From assembly GCA_016180855.1 (NCBI GenBank), contig JACPAL010000018.1, positions 17,066 through 81,065 of the forward strand: a stretch of 64,000 nt of DNA, given 5' to 3'. The notes under the pieces are model-generated. The model did no database searches. It had not been told where the DNA came from and saw nothing but the letters and a program-made list of their open reading frames with translations. The stretch is from Deltaproteobacteria bacterium (lineage in GTDB: Bacteria; UBA10199; JACPAL01). Shown piece by piece: positions 43,107 through 52,713 of this stretch; position 1 is the stretch's first letter; every line of letters starts with the position of its first letter. A program made the position numbers and the translations under genes.

Positions 43107-45766
43107 AGGTTCCGATAGGTTTCCGAGAGGCGTTCTACCTTCTCGACGTTGGTTCTCTGTTTTTGCCGCTCCTCCGCCACAAGTTCAGGGTCAGCATGAT
43201 TCAAAAAACCAGGGTCGGATAATTTTTTATGGAGTCGATCTCCAAGCTCGTTCAGCTTCTGAATCTCCTTTTCAAGGCGCTTCTTCTCCGTTTCAAGATC
43301 GACAAGTCCTTCCAGTGGGAGATAGAGATCCAACCGGCCGAGTGAATAGTGGGCCATTTTTTTTGAAACTGGTTTTGCGGAGACAAACTGGAGACTGCAG
43401 GAACGCGTCATCTTTTCTATCATCCCCTTTTCCCCTTCCAGCCAATGCCTCTCCTCCCTCTCCTCAACAGACAGGATCGGCTGAATCTCCTGGGCAGCCT
43501 GAATCCCATTCTCACCACGCAATGTCCGAAGTGCCGTCACAATCTCCATCAATCTTTCAACACGCCTTGGCTCTCCCTCAAAGTCCCATTGTTTGGGAGT
43601 CGGAAAAGATTCTATTCCGATCGATAGCCCTTCTTTCTGATTTAAAAACTGACAGATCTCCTCCGTGATAAACGGCATGAATGGATGAAGGGCCCGGAGG
43701 GTTTCATCCAGAATCTCGGAGAAGACCGACTGATTCAACCGAACCTTGGAGAACTCCAGATACCAGTCACACAAGGTGTGCCAAAAAAAGTCATAAAGTT
43801 CCTTCGCCGCCTCATCAAAACGATACCCCTCGATTCCCCTTGTTATTTTTGCGAGTGAAGAGGCCCACTTCTGCAAAATCCATTGATCATAGTCGCTTAA
43901 GATCTCGCGAGAGATCTCCTGAGGCGGCAGGCTCACAAAAAAACGCGCCGCGTTCCAGATCTTGTTACAGAAGTTCCGATACCCCTCAATCACGGGCTCG
44001 GAGAGCTTCACATCACGACCGGGCACCGCCAGGACCGCCAACGTAAAACGAAAGGCATCCGTACCAAATTGATCCATGATCGTGAGCGGATCAATGACAT
44101 TTCCCTTCGACTTGCTCATCTTCTGTCCCTGCGCGTCACGCACGAGGGCATGGATATAAATATCCTTAAAAGGAACCTCCCCCATAAACTCAAGCCCCAT
44201 CATCATCATCCGGGCGACCCAGAAAAAAATGATATCGAAGCCCGTAATCAGAACCGATGTGGGGTAAAAGGTCTTAAGCTCCTCTGTCTGGTCCGGCCAA
44301 CCGAGTGTAGAAAAGGGCCAGAGGGCGGAGGAGAACCAGGTATCGAGAACATCGGAATCTTGCTCAAGTTCGGTCGAGCCGCAGGTGGGACATTTTTTAG
44401 GTATATCACGGGAAACAATAGGAGGACATATCCCCCCCTTCCCCCCCCTTAATTTAAGGGAGGGGATACAGTACCACGCCGGAATCCGATGCCCCCACCA
44501 GATCTGACGTGAAACACACCAATCTTTAATCTCACCCATCCAGTTCGCGTAGGTCTTTGTCCAATTGTCCGGAAAGAATCGTGCCTTTCCATCCTGAACC
44601 GCTTGAAGCGCCTTTTCCGCGAGTGGCTTTGTTTTTACAAACCACTGCATCGAAAGATACGGTTCCACAACAGTTCGACAGCGATAACAATGGCCAACCG
44701 AGAGCTTGTGCGGTTCAACCTTTTCAAGAAACCCTTGCTGCTCCAGCTCTTCGACAATCTTTTTTCGGCATTCGAAACGATCCAACCCCTGAAAGGAGAC
44801 CGCGTTTTCGTTCATCCTCCCTTCATCCGTAAAAATATTAATACGAGGGAGCTTATGGTCGTTTCCAAAAATGAAATCGTTGAAGTCATGGGCCGGGGTT
44901 ACTTTAACCGCACCCGTCCCAAACTCCTTGTCAACACGAGGGTCAGAAATAATAGGGATCTCCCGATTGACTAAAGGCAATAATAGTTTTTTACCAATAA
45001 GACCTTTATACCGTTCATCTTCAGGGTGAACCGCAACGGCGGTATCTCCAAGCATCGTTTCAGGACGCGTGGTGGCCACCCTCACCCCCACCCCCTCTCC
45101 CGCCCTTCGGCATGGCTCAGGGAAGGCCAAGGGGAGAGGAGAGGCAAATGGGTAGCGAACAAACCACAAATGCCCATTCGTCTCATGATGCTCTACCTCC
45201 AGATCGGAAAGCGCCGTCTTGCAACGAGGACACCAGTTGATGAGATAGAGATCACGGTAGATCAGCCCCTTGTTGTAAAGACGGACAAACGCCTCACGCA
45301 CGGCGCGCGAGAGCCCCTCATCCATCGTAAACCGTTCGCGCTTCCAGTCACAGGAGGCCCCCAATCTTTTTAGTTGATGAATGATCTGTCCACCCGACTG
45401 CCCCTTCCATTCCCAAACCTTTTCAATGAAGCGTTCCCTTCCCAAATCCTGTCGTTTCTTCCCCTCCTTGGCTATGTCACGCTCTACAACGTTCTGCGTC
45501 GCAATGCCGGCATGATCAGTCCCCGGCATCCAGAGGACATTGAACCCTTTCATCCGTTTGTAGCGGGCAAGGATGTCCTGGAGGGTGTTGTTCAGGGCAT
45601 GCCCCATATGAAGCGAGCCCGTGACGTTCGGTGGCGGGATCACCATACAAAATGGGGGTTTGGATGATTTTGGCTCTGCATGGAAGTAGCCTTCCTTGAG
45701 CCAGACTTCTGACCATCGTCTCTCAACTTCATGCGGCTCGTACGCCTTGGGGAGTTCCCTCTTCAT
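43103..45766 (-). CDS. valS: valine--tRNA ligase
   Basis: HMGH and KMSKS motifs, plus a C-terminal coiled coil. 887 aa. Contains two in-frame palindromic element insertions (see repeats). Confidence 0.95.
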   Translation of the reverse strand: MKRELPKAYEPHEVERRWSEVWLKEGYFHAEPKSSKPPFCMVIPPPNVTGSLHMGHALNNTLQDILARYKRMKGFNVLWMPGTDHAGIATQNVVERDIAKEGKKRQDLGRERFIEKVWEWKGQSGGQIIHQLKRLGASCDWKRERFTMDEGLSRAVREAFVRLYNKGLIYRDLYLINWCPRCKTALSDLEVEHHETNGHLWFVRYPFASPLPLAFPEPCRRAGEGVGVRVATTRPETMLGDTAVAVHPEDERYKGLIGKKLLLPLVNREIPIISDPRVDKEFGTGAVKVTPAHDFNDFIFGNDHKLPRINIFTDEGRMNENAVSFQGLDRFECRKKIVEELEQQGFLEKVEPHKLSVGHCYRCRTVVEPYLSMQWFVKTKPLAEKALQAVQDGKARFFPDNWTKTYANWMGEIKDWCVSRQIWWGHRIPAWYCIPSLKLRGGKGGICPPIVSRDIPKKCPTCGSTELEQDSDVLDTWFSSALWPFSTLGWPDQTEELKTFYPTSVLITGFDIIFFWVARMMMMGLEFMGEVPFKDIYIHALVRDAQGQKMSKSKGNVIDPLTIMDQFGTDAFRFTLAVLAVPGRDVKLSEPVIEGYRNFCNKIWNAARFFVSLPPQEISREILSDYDQWILQKWASSLAKITRGIEGYRFDEAAKELYDFFWHTLCDWYLEFSKVRLNQSVFSEILDETLRALHPFMPFITEEICQFLNQKEGLSIGIESFPTPKQWDFEGEPRRVERLMEIVTALRTLRGENGIQAAQEIQPILSVEEREERHWLEGEKGMIEKMTRSCSLQFVSAKPVSKKMAHYSLGRLDLYLPLEGLVDLETEKKRLEKEIQKLNELGDRLHKKLSDPGFLNHADPELVAEERQKQRTNVEKVERLSETYRNL
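44431..44470. repeat. GC-palindromic element (TTAA-centred subtype) inserted in-frame in valS
   Basis: atccccccccttccccccccccttaatttaagggaggggat. Encodes PSLKLRGGKGG, the same SLK[IL]RGG peptide as the shc copy. Confidence 0.65.
45066..45134. repeat. family-3 palindromic element (short form) inserted in-frame in valS
   Basis: The reverse complement cctctcctctccccttggccttccctgagc..ccgaagggcgggagaggggg aligns with 27621-27690. Encodes PLPLAFPEPCRRAGEGVGV in a variable ValS loop. Confidence 0.65.
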
Positions 45767-45793
45767 GAGAATCAGGACTTAGAAAAAAATGGA

Positions 45794-46615
45794 CTAAATT
45801 GCACGAAACTTTTTATCAGCAACGATCCTGAGCCCCTTCAAGGTCAGAAACGGCTCCAGCTTTTGAATGGTCCGACACTCCTTGGCAATCAAGGTGGCGA
45901 ATCCACCAGTCGCTATCACTGCCGTTTTCATACCAAGCTCCTTCTGAATGAGCCCTACCAGCCGATCGACGAGACCGGCGTATCCATAATAAACGCCTCC
46001 CTGGATACACTCCCTCGTCTGCCTCCCAATAACCCGCTTCGGTTTTGCAATTGAAACGAGCGGTAGCTTGGCTGTCTTCTCATGTAACGCCTCAAGGCAG
46101 ATTCGTAAGCCAGGAACGATCGGTCCACCAAGGTATTCCCCCTGCGCTGAAACGACATCCAAGGTCGTCGCAGTCCCGAAATCAATGATGATAATGGGAA
46201 CGGTCTTTAAATCCCCCCTCGCCCCCCTTTGACTTGTCCTGAGCCCTGTCGAAGGACAAAGGGGGGTTGGGGGGATTTTCCATGCCGCAACTGCATTCGC
46301 AATCCGATCGGCCCCCACTTCTGACGGTTTTTTTGTCTTAAACCTGATCGGCAGTTTTGTCCTGGATGTCACAAACAGAGGCTCAACTCCAAATTTCTTT
46401 CTGAGAAGAAGACGGAACGGTTTATCCAGTCGGGGGACAACACTTGCCACGACAACGCAATTAACTTGCGAGATCCAAAGTTTCCGCAAAAGGGAGAGCC
46501 CCTTGTGGGTCTCAAAACGACGATGCCACCGGAGCCGCTCCCCCTCAAATAGGCCGACGACAATATTTGTATTGCCTACATCAATGGCGAGAATCTTTCT
46601 CTTCCCCTCACCCAC
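45794..46615 (-). CDS. coaX: type III pantothenate kinase
   Basis: ILAIDVGNTN and IIIIDFGTATT phosphate motifs. About 20-25 aa longer than typical because of a palindromic in-frame insertion. Confidence 0.85.
   Translation of the reverse strand: MGEGKRKILAIDVGNTNIVVGLFEGERLRWHRRFETHKGLSLLRKLWISQVNCVVVASVVPRLDKPFRLLLRKKFGVEPLFVTSRTKLPIRFKTKKPSEVGADRIANAVAAWKIPPTPLCPSTGLRTSQRGARGDLKTVPIIIIDFGTATTLDVVSAQGEYLGGPIVPGLRICLEALHEKTAKLPLVSIAKPKRVIGRQTRECIQGGVYYGYAGLVDRLVGLIQKELGMKTAVIATGGFATLIAKECRTIQKLEPFLTLKGLRIVADKKFRAI
46211..46277. repeat. family-3 palindromic element inserted in-frame in coaX
   Basis: atcccccctcgccccccttt-gacttgtcctgagccctgtcgaaggacaa-aggggggttggggggat. Encodes IPPTPLCPSTGLRTSQRGARGD between conserved CoaX segments. 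Confidence 0.7.
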
Positions 46616-47183
46616 AAAGGTCTCCTTGAAGGGCCATCATCTTTTCCAGCAGCTTATCCAAGATTTTTTCCCGATCAAAGGTCTTCCCCGTTTCTATCTT
46701 GAGCGATGTCGCAGTGTTACGCACCTCTGGTGAAAAATCGTCCAGATCGGTATTCACATTAATTCCAACCCCGCAGACAACCCATCGTATCCTCTCTCCC
46801 TCCGAACTCATTTCGCAGAGGATCCCTGCCACTTTCTTGTCATGAATTAAAAGATCATTAGGCGCTTTGATCCGGAGCCCATCAGCAATATACTGCCGTA
46901 AAAGATCCTCAACAACAAAGGCGATCTTGGGGGTGATCTTTACGGCATCGGAGGGTGGACGATTGGGGCGAAGCAAAAAAGAGAGATACAGATTTTTCCC
47001 GGCAGGTGATTCCCATTTCCTCCCTTCACGACCCCGTCCCACCGTCTGATGATCCGCCATGACAACGAGCCGTTCCGCCTCTCCTGCCCTCGCCCGGCGG
47101 ATCACCTCTTCGTTTGTGGAATCGATTGAGGAGAACCGGAGCACCCTAAAGTTCCACTTGTTTTCTGTTTTCATCTGATCCAC
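46608..47183 (-). CDS. birA: biotin--[acetyl-CoA-carboxylase] ligase (no N-terminal HTH)
   Basis: ADHQTVGRGREGRKWESPAGKNLYLS biotin-binding loop. 8-nt overlap with coaX. Confidence 0.8.
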   Translation of the reverse strand: MDQMKTENKWNFRVLRFSSIDSTNEEVIRRARAGEAERLVVMADHQTVGRGREGRKWESPAGKNLYLSFLLRPNRPPSDAVKITPKIAFVVEDLLRQYIADGLRIKAPNDLLIHDKKVAGILCEMSSEGERIRWVVCGVGINVNTDLDDFSPEVRNTATSLKIETGKTFDREKILDKLLEKMMALQGDLCG

Positions 47184-47185
47184 AA

Positions 47186-47842
47186 TTGCCCTTACTTATG
47201 ACAAGTCATCCTTCTCGTAAAGTGTTCCTGCTGTTGGGTGCATTGTATCTAGTCGTCGGTTTTTCGCTCGGGCAGACCTCAATCCCCTCCTCCTGCGGAA
47301 CCGATACGACAAGTCAGGCAGGAAGCGGTACCTCCTCTTCGAACTCGGGAGGAAGTTCAGGGAGTTCACTAACACTCACAAGTGATGACATTACAAGCGG
47401 CGGAACAATCGCCTCCACCTTTGCAATGACCGATTGCATGGGAGGCAACCAGTCTCCCCATCTCGCCTGGTCAGGTACCCTCCCCTCCGGAACCTTGAGT
47501 CTTGCCGTGACCGTAATTGACACAAGCTTTAACAACGCCGTTCACTGGCTCCTTTACAACATCCCAACCACGTCAACGACGCTTTCGAGAAACAGTTCTC
47601 CGAGTGAAATCTCAAATACAACCCGCGAGGTGCAGAATGTCTACGGGGATATCGATTACGGCGGCCCTTGCCCGCCGACCGGCGAGAGCCATACCTACCA
47701 GTTTACAGTTTGGGCGCTTGATGTTGCCGACCTCATGAACGTCTCCGGTTTCAACGCCAACAGCGGCTCCTCCGCCTACTCGCTGCTCCAGGAGCATGAC
47801 TTGGCATCGGCCAGTTTCAACGCCACTTTCGTTGGCCCTTAA
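47186..47842 (+). CDS. YbhB/YbcL (PEBP-family) protein with N-terminal signal/lipoprotein-like anchor and Ser/Thr-rich linker
   Basis: GGNQSPHLAW, HWLLYNIP and YGGPCPP...HTYQFTVWAL PEBP motifs. Confidence 0.75.
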   Translation: MPLLMTSHPSRKVFLLLGALYLVVGFSLGQTSIPSSCGTDTTSQAGSGTSSSNSGGSSGSSLTLTSDDITSGGTIASTFAMTDCMGGNQSPHLAWSGTLPSGTLSLAVTVIDTSFNNAVHWLLYNIPTTSTTLSRNSSPSEISNTTREVQNVYGDIDYGGPCPPTGESHTYQFTVWALDVADLMNVSGFNANSGSSAYSLLQEHDLASASFNATFVGP

Positions 47843-47995
47843 CAGGATAGCGACAAAGGCCCATCTACTGCGGGCTTCGACTGAGCTCAGCCGAAGTCTT
47901 GCCCGCTTCAACCGCAATCCTCACGTACCGGTAAAGTACGCTCCGGTTGCGGCCTTGCGGGCGCCTTGCATCTGGACCTTTGTCGCTATCCTGTT
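47841..47995. repeat. family-1 MITE-like element, full copy with 17-bp perfect TIRs CAGGATAGCGACAAAGG and TTAA/TTAT flanks
   Basis: aacaggatagcgacaaaggcc at the left end and ggacctttgtcgctatcctgtt at the right. Fills the convergent PEBP / Na-Pi transporter gap exactly and supplies part of both stop codons. Confidence 0.8.
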
Positions 47996-49637
47996 ATTCG
48001 ATTTCTTTTCCCGGCATCGAGGACTTCACAATCATCATAAGCTTCGTATTGACCCGGCGAAAATTAGAGAGAAGATCAAGGTGGATCGAACTCGTTTCAA
48101 ACGCCTCCTTGATCCCCCTGTGCAATCTCTGGAGATGGCCCTCGCGATAACGGCTCTCCAATTCCTCCAGATGTTTTTCGTGACGCACAATTTTGCGCGC
48201 CAGAGATTCATCCTCCGTCGTCAGGGTCGAGAGGGCGAGTTGAAAGTTTTCCAGGACCTTGCTGTGTAAATCCTGGATCTCTTTCCAACCCTCGCCTGAG
48301 AAAACTCGTCCCTTATGGATCTTCTTCTGGGCCAGCTCCAGAATATTCTTGTTGATGATATCACCGATCTCTTCAAAATCACTCGTCATCGCGACCAGGC
48401 TGAGTTCCAGGCGTCCCTGCTCGGGATTGATTGCCTCCTGTGAAATTTTTGCAAGATAGAATTTAATCTCCCGATCCAGGATATCCACCTTATCGTCCTT
48501 CTCCTCGATCATTTCGATCAGCAACGGATCATCCTTCTCAAAGACTTCGATCAGGTCACGAAACATCTCACAGGCAATCTCTCCCATCCGAAGAATTTCG
48601 CGTTTTACATTGGCAAACGCCAGAGCGGGAGAGTCAGTGGCATCCTCCGAAAGATACTTCGGCCCAAAAAGGTCCTCGCCGGGAGGTGGAATCGGAACCA
48701 CCTTCCGGATTATCCAGGCACCCTGACGGATGAAAGGAAGAAAAAAGACAGAAAGGGCGAGGTTAAAACAGACATGGGATAAGGCAATCTGACCAGCCAC
48801 ATTTCCTGACAAGGAGAGAAGCGAGGATAACCACTCAACCCCCTTGACTGTATTGGCAAGAAAAACAAGGGCAACAGAGGCACCACTCAATTTAAAAAAC
48901 AGATGGGCAAGTGCCACCTGCCTCGCCGGAGCCCCACCACGCGCCCCGTGTAGAAAGGTCATGGCACACGTCCCAACATTCGCCCCCAAGACAAGAGGAA
49001 CGGCATGGGACATATCAATGACCTGGGAGAGCGCCATCGCAATCGTGAGTCCCAGGGTTGTCGCACTATTTTGAACCAGGGCCGTGAATCCAATTGCCAA
49101 AAGAAAACTGTAGGAAGGTTTTTCCGATAAGAGATTAAAAATTTCGACCAAAAAGTGATTTTCACGAAGGGGAGTCGTGATCTGAACCATCAACTGCATC
49201 CCCAAAAAAACAAAGCCAAAGCCCATCACAATCATACTGAGGTAGCGGATTTTTTTACTCTTAAAAAAAATCTCGATAAAGATTCCCGTCACAAGCATGA
49301 GGAGGGCATACTCCGCCACCTGCCGGATCGAAAGCAGGATGACGACGAACGCAGTCCCAATATCCGCCCCGAGGATCACCCCCATCGCCTGCTGGAGAGA
49401 AAGGACACCGCTTGTTGCAAATCCGATCAGCATAACGGTTGTCGCAACGGAGCTTTGCAGAATGAGGGTCACAAGAACACCGGTCAAGAGGGCCGAAAAT
49501 CGGTTCTCGGTGAGCGCTGAAACAAGCCGCCTCAACCGATTACCTGCCAGGAGCTGGATTCCGATGCGCGATTGGCGAATTCCATAAATGAAAATGGCAA
49601 TCGCCCCCAGAAAAGAAATAAGCGAGAAGGATGTCAA
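47994..49637 (-). CDS. Na/Pi-cotransporter II-related protein with C-terminal PhoU domains
   Basis: Duplicated NptA membrane repeats plus C-terminal PhoU-like helices. Confidence 0.8.
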   Translation of the reverse strand: MTSFSLISFLGAIAIFIYGIRQSRIGIQLLAGNRLRRLVSALTENRFSALLTGVLVTLILQSSVATTVMLIGFATSGVLSLQQAMGVILGADIGTAFVVILLSIRQVAEYALLMLVTGIFIEIFFKSKKIRYLSMIVMGFGFVFLGMQLMVQITTPLRENHFLVEIFNLLSEKPSYSFLLAIGFTALVQNSATTLGLTIAMALSQVIDMSHAVPLVLGANVGTCAMTFLHGARGGAPARQVALAHLFFKLSGASVALVFLANTVKGVEWLSSLLSLSGNVAGQIALSHVCFNLALSVFFLPFIRQGAWIIRKVVPIPPPGEDLFGPKYLSEDATDSPALAFANVKREILRMGEIACEMFRDLIEVFEKDDPLLIEMIEEKDDKVDILDREIKFYLAKISQEAINPEQGRLELSLVAMTSDFEEIGDIINKNILELAQKKIHKGRVFSGEGWKEIQDLHSKVLENFQLALSTLTTEDESLARKIVRHEKHLEELESRYREGHLQRLHRGIKEAFETSSIHLDLLSNFRRVNTKLMMIVKSSMPGKEIE

Positions 49638-49650
49638 AGAGATCTCCTCT

Positions 49651-52614
49651 TTAGGAAGCTAAAGGTAGTGCCTCAGCCAACCTCACAGAAACAATCTTTG
49701 AAATGCCCGCCTCCTCCATCGTGACGCCATAAAGGCGGTGGCATTGCTCCATGGTCCTCCGGTTGTGCGTAATCAGGATGAACTGGGAGCGCGGAAGAAT
49801 CTCGGAGAGAAGTTTATGAAAGCGTTCCACATTGGTATCATCCAGAGGGGCATCCACTTCATCCAGAATACAAAAGGGTGATGGTTTAACTAAAAATATT
49901 GAGAAAATAAACGCAACGGCCGACATCGCCTTCTCTCCTCCCGACAAGAGACCGATGTGGGAGAGTTTTTTACCCGGCGGCTGGACAAAAAGATCCATCC
50001 CCTGGGAGGCTCCATCCTCCGACTCCGTTAAGCGGAGTTCGGCCGAACCACCACGGAAAAGCCTCGGGAAAAGCGCCTTGAACTTTTCATTGACCAAGAC
50101 AAACGTCTCCTCAAATCGCTTTCGGGTCATCTGGTTGATCTTCTGTATCGCCTTCTCAAGGGCGAGAAGAGACTGTTCGAGGTCTTCCGTCTGCCGCCCC
50201 AAAAATTCCTGGCGTTCCCGAAGCGCCTCATATTCCGGGATGGCCCCCAGATTGACATCCCCAAGCTTTTCAAGACGTGCCTTAAGTTCCGACAGGTTTT
50301 TCTCTTCCAGAGAACGATCGATCGGCACTGCCTCCTCCCCAAAAGCAACTTCCGTTAGCGAGGTGTTATATTTTTCAAAAATCTGTTCACCCATGTGGCG
50401 AAGATCTCCCTCCAGACGTGACAACGTAACACGCAAGTCCCCTGTATGACTCCTGGCGAGATCGTACTCTTTTCGGAGAGTGCGAGTCCTGGCCTCCTCC
50501 TCTTCCAATGTACGGGAAATCGCCTGATGCTCCTTGCGGATCTGATCGGCAGAAAGGGTTAAGGCCTCTACTTTTCCCTGCAAAACAGCCCTCTCCGCCT
50601 GCTCGCTCTCTTTCTCTTCCTGTAGTCTGTTGATTTTTTCTTCGGCGCGCCGGAGGGCCTCTTCCACTTCCTGTAACCTTTTCAGTTCTTTGGTGAGATG
50701 CTCTCCCTCCTTGTCCAGAGAGATTTTTTTGATATCCTCTTCATGTTTCCTCCGGTTTAAATCCTCCAAGTCAAGCGAGAGCTCCGAAAGGGTTCCTTCA
50801 AACTGGCTCACGCTATCCTCCTTCAAACTGATCTCCTCTTCCAGGCGGGCGACCTCGATTCGAAGCTCCCGGATCTCCCTCTTCTTTTCCAAAAGCATCT
50901 TACCTGGCAATCCGGCGGATCCCCCGCTCACAACACCGAACGGATCGACCACCTCTCCCTCTAAAGTAACAAGCGTTTTGTGGTGACCATTCGACCGCCA
51001 AAGATCGATCGCCTTATCAAGATTTTGAACAAGAATGACATCTCCCAAAAGATACTGACCTACCTTCAAGGTATCGGCTTTCAACTTCACCAGGTCCAGC
51101 AGTGGGCCAATGACACCCGACTCCTGGTAGGGAAACGGATTTTCCTCTTTCTCACGGATATCAAGCGCAATGAAGGTGCTCCGTCCCGAGGCCTGTGACT
51201 TCAGGAAAGAGACCGCCTCCAAACCTTCTTCATGGCTTTTGACAATAACATACTGAAGTTTTTCCCCTAGCGCCGCGCTGACGGCCATCTCATACTCCTG
51301 GGGCGAATCAACGTAATCCGCAACAACCCCAAGGACCCCGGACGATGTGCTCCCCTCCCTCTTGGCCCTAAGGATGTTACGCACCCCTTCCTGATAACCT
51401 TCAAAATTTCTTTCAAGATCAACAAGAGATTTGAAGCGTGACCTTTTCAGGCTGATCTCTTCACGACGAATCGCCAACTCCTTTTCGAGAACCTCTTTCC
51501 TCTCTTTTCCGGAGGCAATCCTCGCCCGAAGCTCCTCCATCTCATGATGCACGGAAGAGGAATCGCTTCTCAAAATCTCGAGCTGCTGAGCGATACGGCC
51601 TACCTCTTGCCTGATTTTCTCTCCCTCCTGCAGAATCTGGGTCGACGAGGCCTTCTCCTCCTCGAGGCGTTTCTTCTCACGAAGCTGAAACTCCTCCTTC
51701 GCCTGTAAAAGTTTCAGGCGACTTGTTGCCTCGAAAAGGGCCTCTTGTCTGCGGTTCAGCTCCCGATCTTTCTCCAAAAGCTGAAGACGTGCCGACTCCT
51801 GGCTGGCGTCAAGTGCGGAGATCCTGGTCTGCGATTCCAGCTCACGCCGGTTCCAATCAGAGAGCAAACTTTCCAACTCCCCTTTCTCCGTATTCGCCTC
51901 CCGGTAACGAAGACTCGCTAATTTCAAATCAAGACTTTTGACCTCCTCCTTGAGCTGCCGATATTTTTCCGCCTTCTTGACCTGCCGATCGAGCGAGCCA
52001 ATCTGGCGTTGCACTTCCACCAGAATATCCTTCAGACGGGCAAGATTCTGGCGTGTGGCCTCCATTTTCCGGACTGCCGCCTCCTTACGCGCCTTGAATT
52101 TTGAGACACCAGCCGCCTCTTCAATGAGCAGACGACGATCCTCCGGCTTGGCATTAATTGCAAAATCGATTCTGCCCTGCTCGATGACGGAATAGGCGCG
52201 ATGCCCAACGCCGGTTCCAAGAAAAAGGTTGATGATATCCCGAAGCCGGCAGGGGATCTTGTTGATCAAATACTCGCTCTCTCCATCGCGAAAGAGACGC
52301 CGGGTAATCGTAATTTCTGAAAATTCCGTGTAGGGAGCTGGTGCAATCCCATCTTCTGTCGAAAAGGTGAGTGAAACCTCCGCCATGTTAATCGGCGGCC
52401 GGGTTTGAGATCCGTTAAAGATGACATCTTCCATACCGCGACCACGCAGACTCTTGGCGCTCATCTCCCCCATCACCCACCGGATCGCATCAACAATGTT
52501 TGATTTTCCGCAGCCGTTCGGCCCGACAATCCCGATCAATGGGGAATCGAAGTCAATAATCGTAGGGTCGACAAAAGACTTAAACCCTACCATTTCTAAT
52601 TTCTTAATCTGCAT
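49651..52614 (-). CDS. smc: chromosome segregation protein SMC
   Basis: Walker A GPNGCGKSN, long coiled coils, a hinge, and C-terminal LSGGEKAMSAVAFIFSIF...ILDEVDAPLD. Confidence 0.9.
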   Translation of the reverse strand: MQIKKLEMVGFKSFVDPTIIDFDSPLIGIVGPNGCGKSNIVDAIRWVMGEMSAKSLRGRGMEDVIFNGSQTRPPINMAEVSLTFSTEDGIAPAPYTEFSEITITRRLFRDGESEYLINKIPCRLRDIINLFLGTGVGHRAYSVIEQGRIDFAINAKPEDRRLLIEEAAGVSKFKARKEAAVRKMEATRQNLARLKDILVEVQRQIGSLDRQVKKAEKYRQLKEEVKSLDLKLASLRYREANTEKGELESLLSDWNRRELESQTRISALDASQESARLQLLEKDRELNRRQEALFEATSRLKLLQAKEEFQLREKKRLEEEKASSTQILQEGEKIRQEVGRIAQQLEILRSDSSSVHHEMEELRARIASGKERKEVLEKELAIRREEISLKRSRFKSLVDLERNFEGYQEGVRNILRAKREGSTSSGVLGVVADYVDSPQEYEMAVSAALGEKLQYVIVKSHEEGLEAVSFLKSQASGRSTFIALDIREKEENPFPYQESGVIGPLLDLVKLKADTLKVGQYLLGDVILVQNLDKAIDLWRSNGHHKTLVTLEGEVVDPFGVVSGGSAGLPGKMLLEKKREIRELRIEVARLEEEISLKEDSVSQFEGTLSELSLDLEDLNRRKHEEDIKKISLDKEGEHLTKELKRLQEVEEALRRAEEKINRLQEEKESEQAERAVLQGKVEALTLSADQIRKEHQAISRTLEEEEARTRTLRKEYDLARSHTGDLRVTLSRLEGDLRHMGEQIFEKYNTSLTEVAFGEEAVPIDRSLEEKNLSELKARLEKLGDVNLGAIPEYEALRERQEFLGRQTEDLEQSLLALEKAIQKINQMTRKRFEETFVLVNEKFKALFPRLFRGGSAELRLTESEDGASQGMDLFVQPPGKKLSHIGLLSGGEKAMSAVAFIFSIFLVKPSPFCILDEVDAPLDDTNVERFHKLLSEILPRSQFILITHNRRTMEQCHRLYGVTMEEAGISKIVSVRLAEALPLAS

Positions 52615-52713
52615 CTTTCGATATGCCCAATAGCCCTAAATTTTCAAGCACTTAGGATGGTAACATAGGCCATTAGGGGTGTAAAGGTGAAATTGTATGG
52701 TCACGACAATATG

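Noticed and set aside
16249-47995. Possibility that the dispersed repeats are a CRISPR array or tRNA/ncRNA genes
   Set aside because: Copies are not regularly spaced and have no constant repeat/spacer periodicity. No cloverleaf or conserved tRNA boxes (GTTCGANTC) were found in any intergenic region. They behave as TIR-bounded insertions with TTAN flanks.
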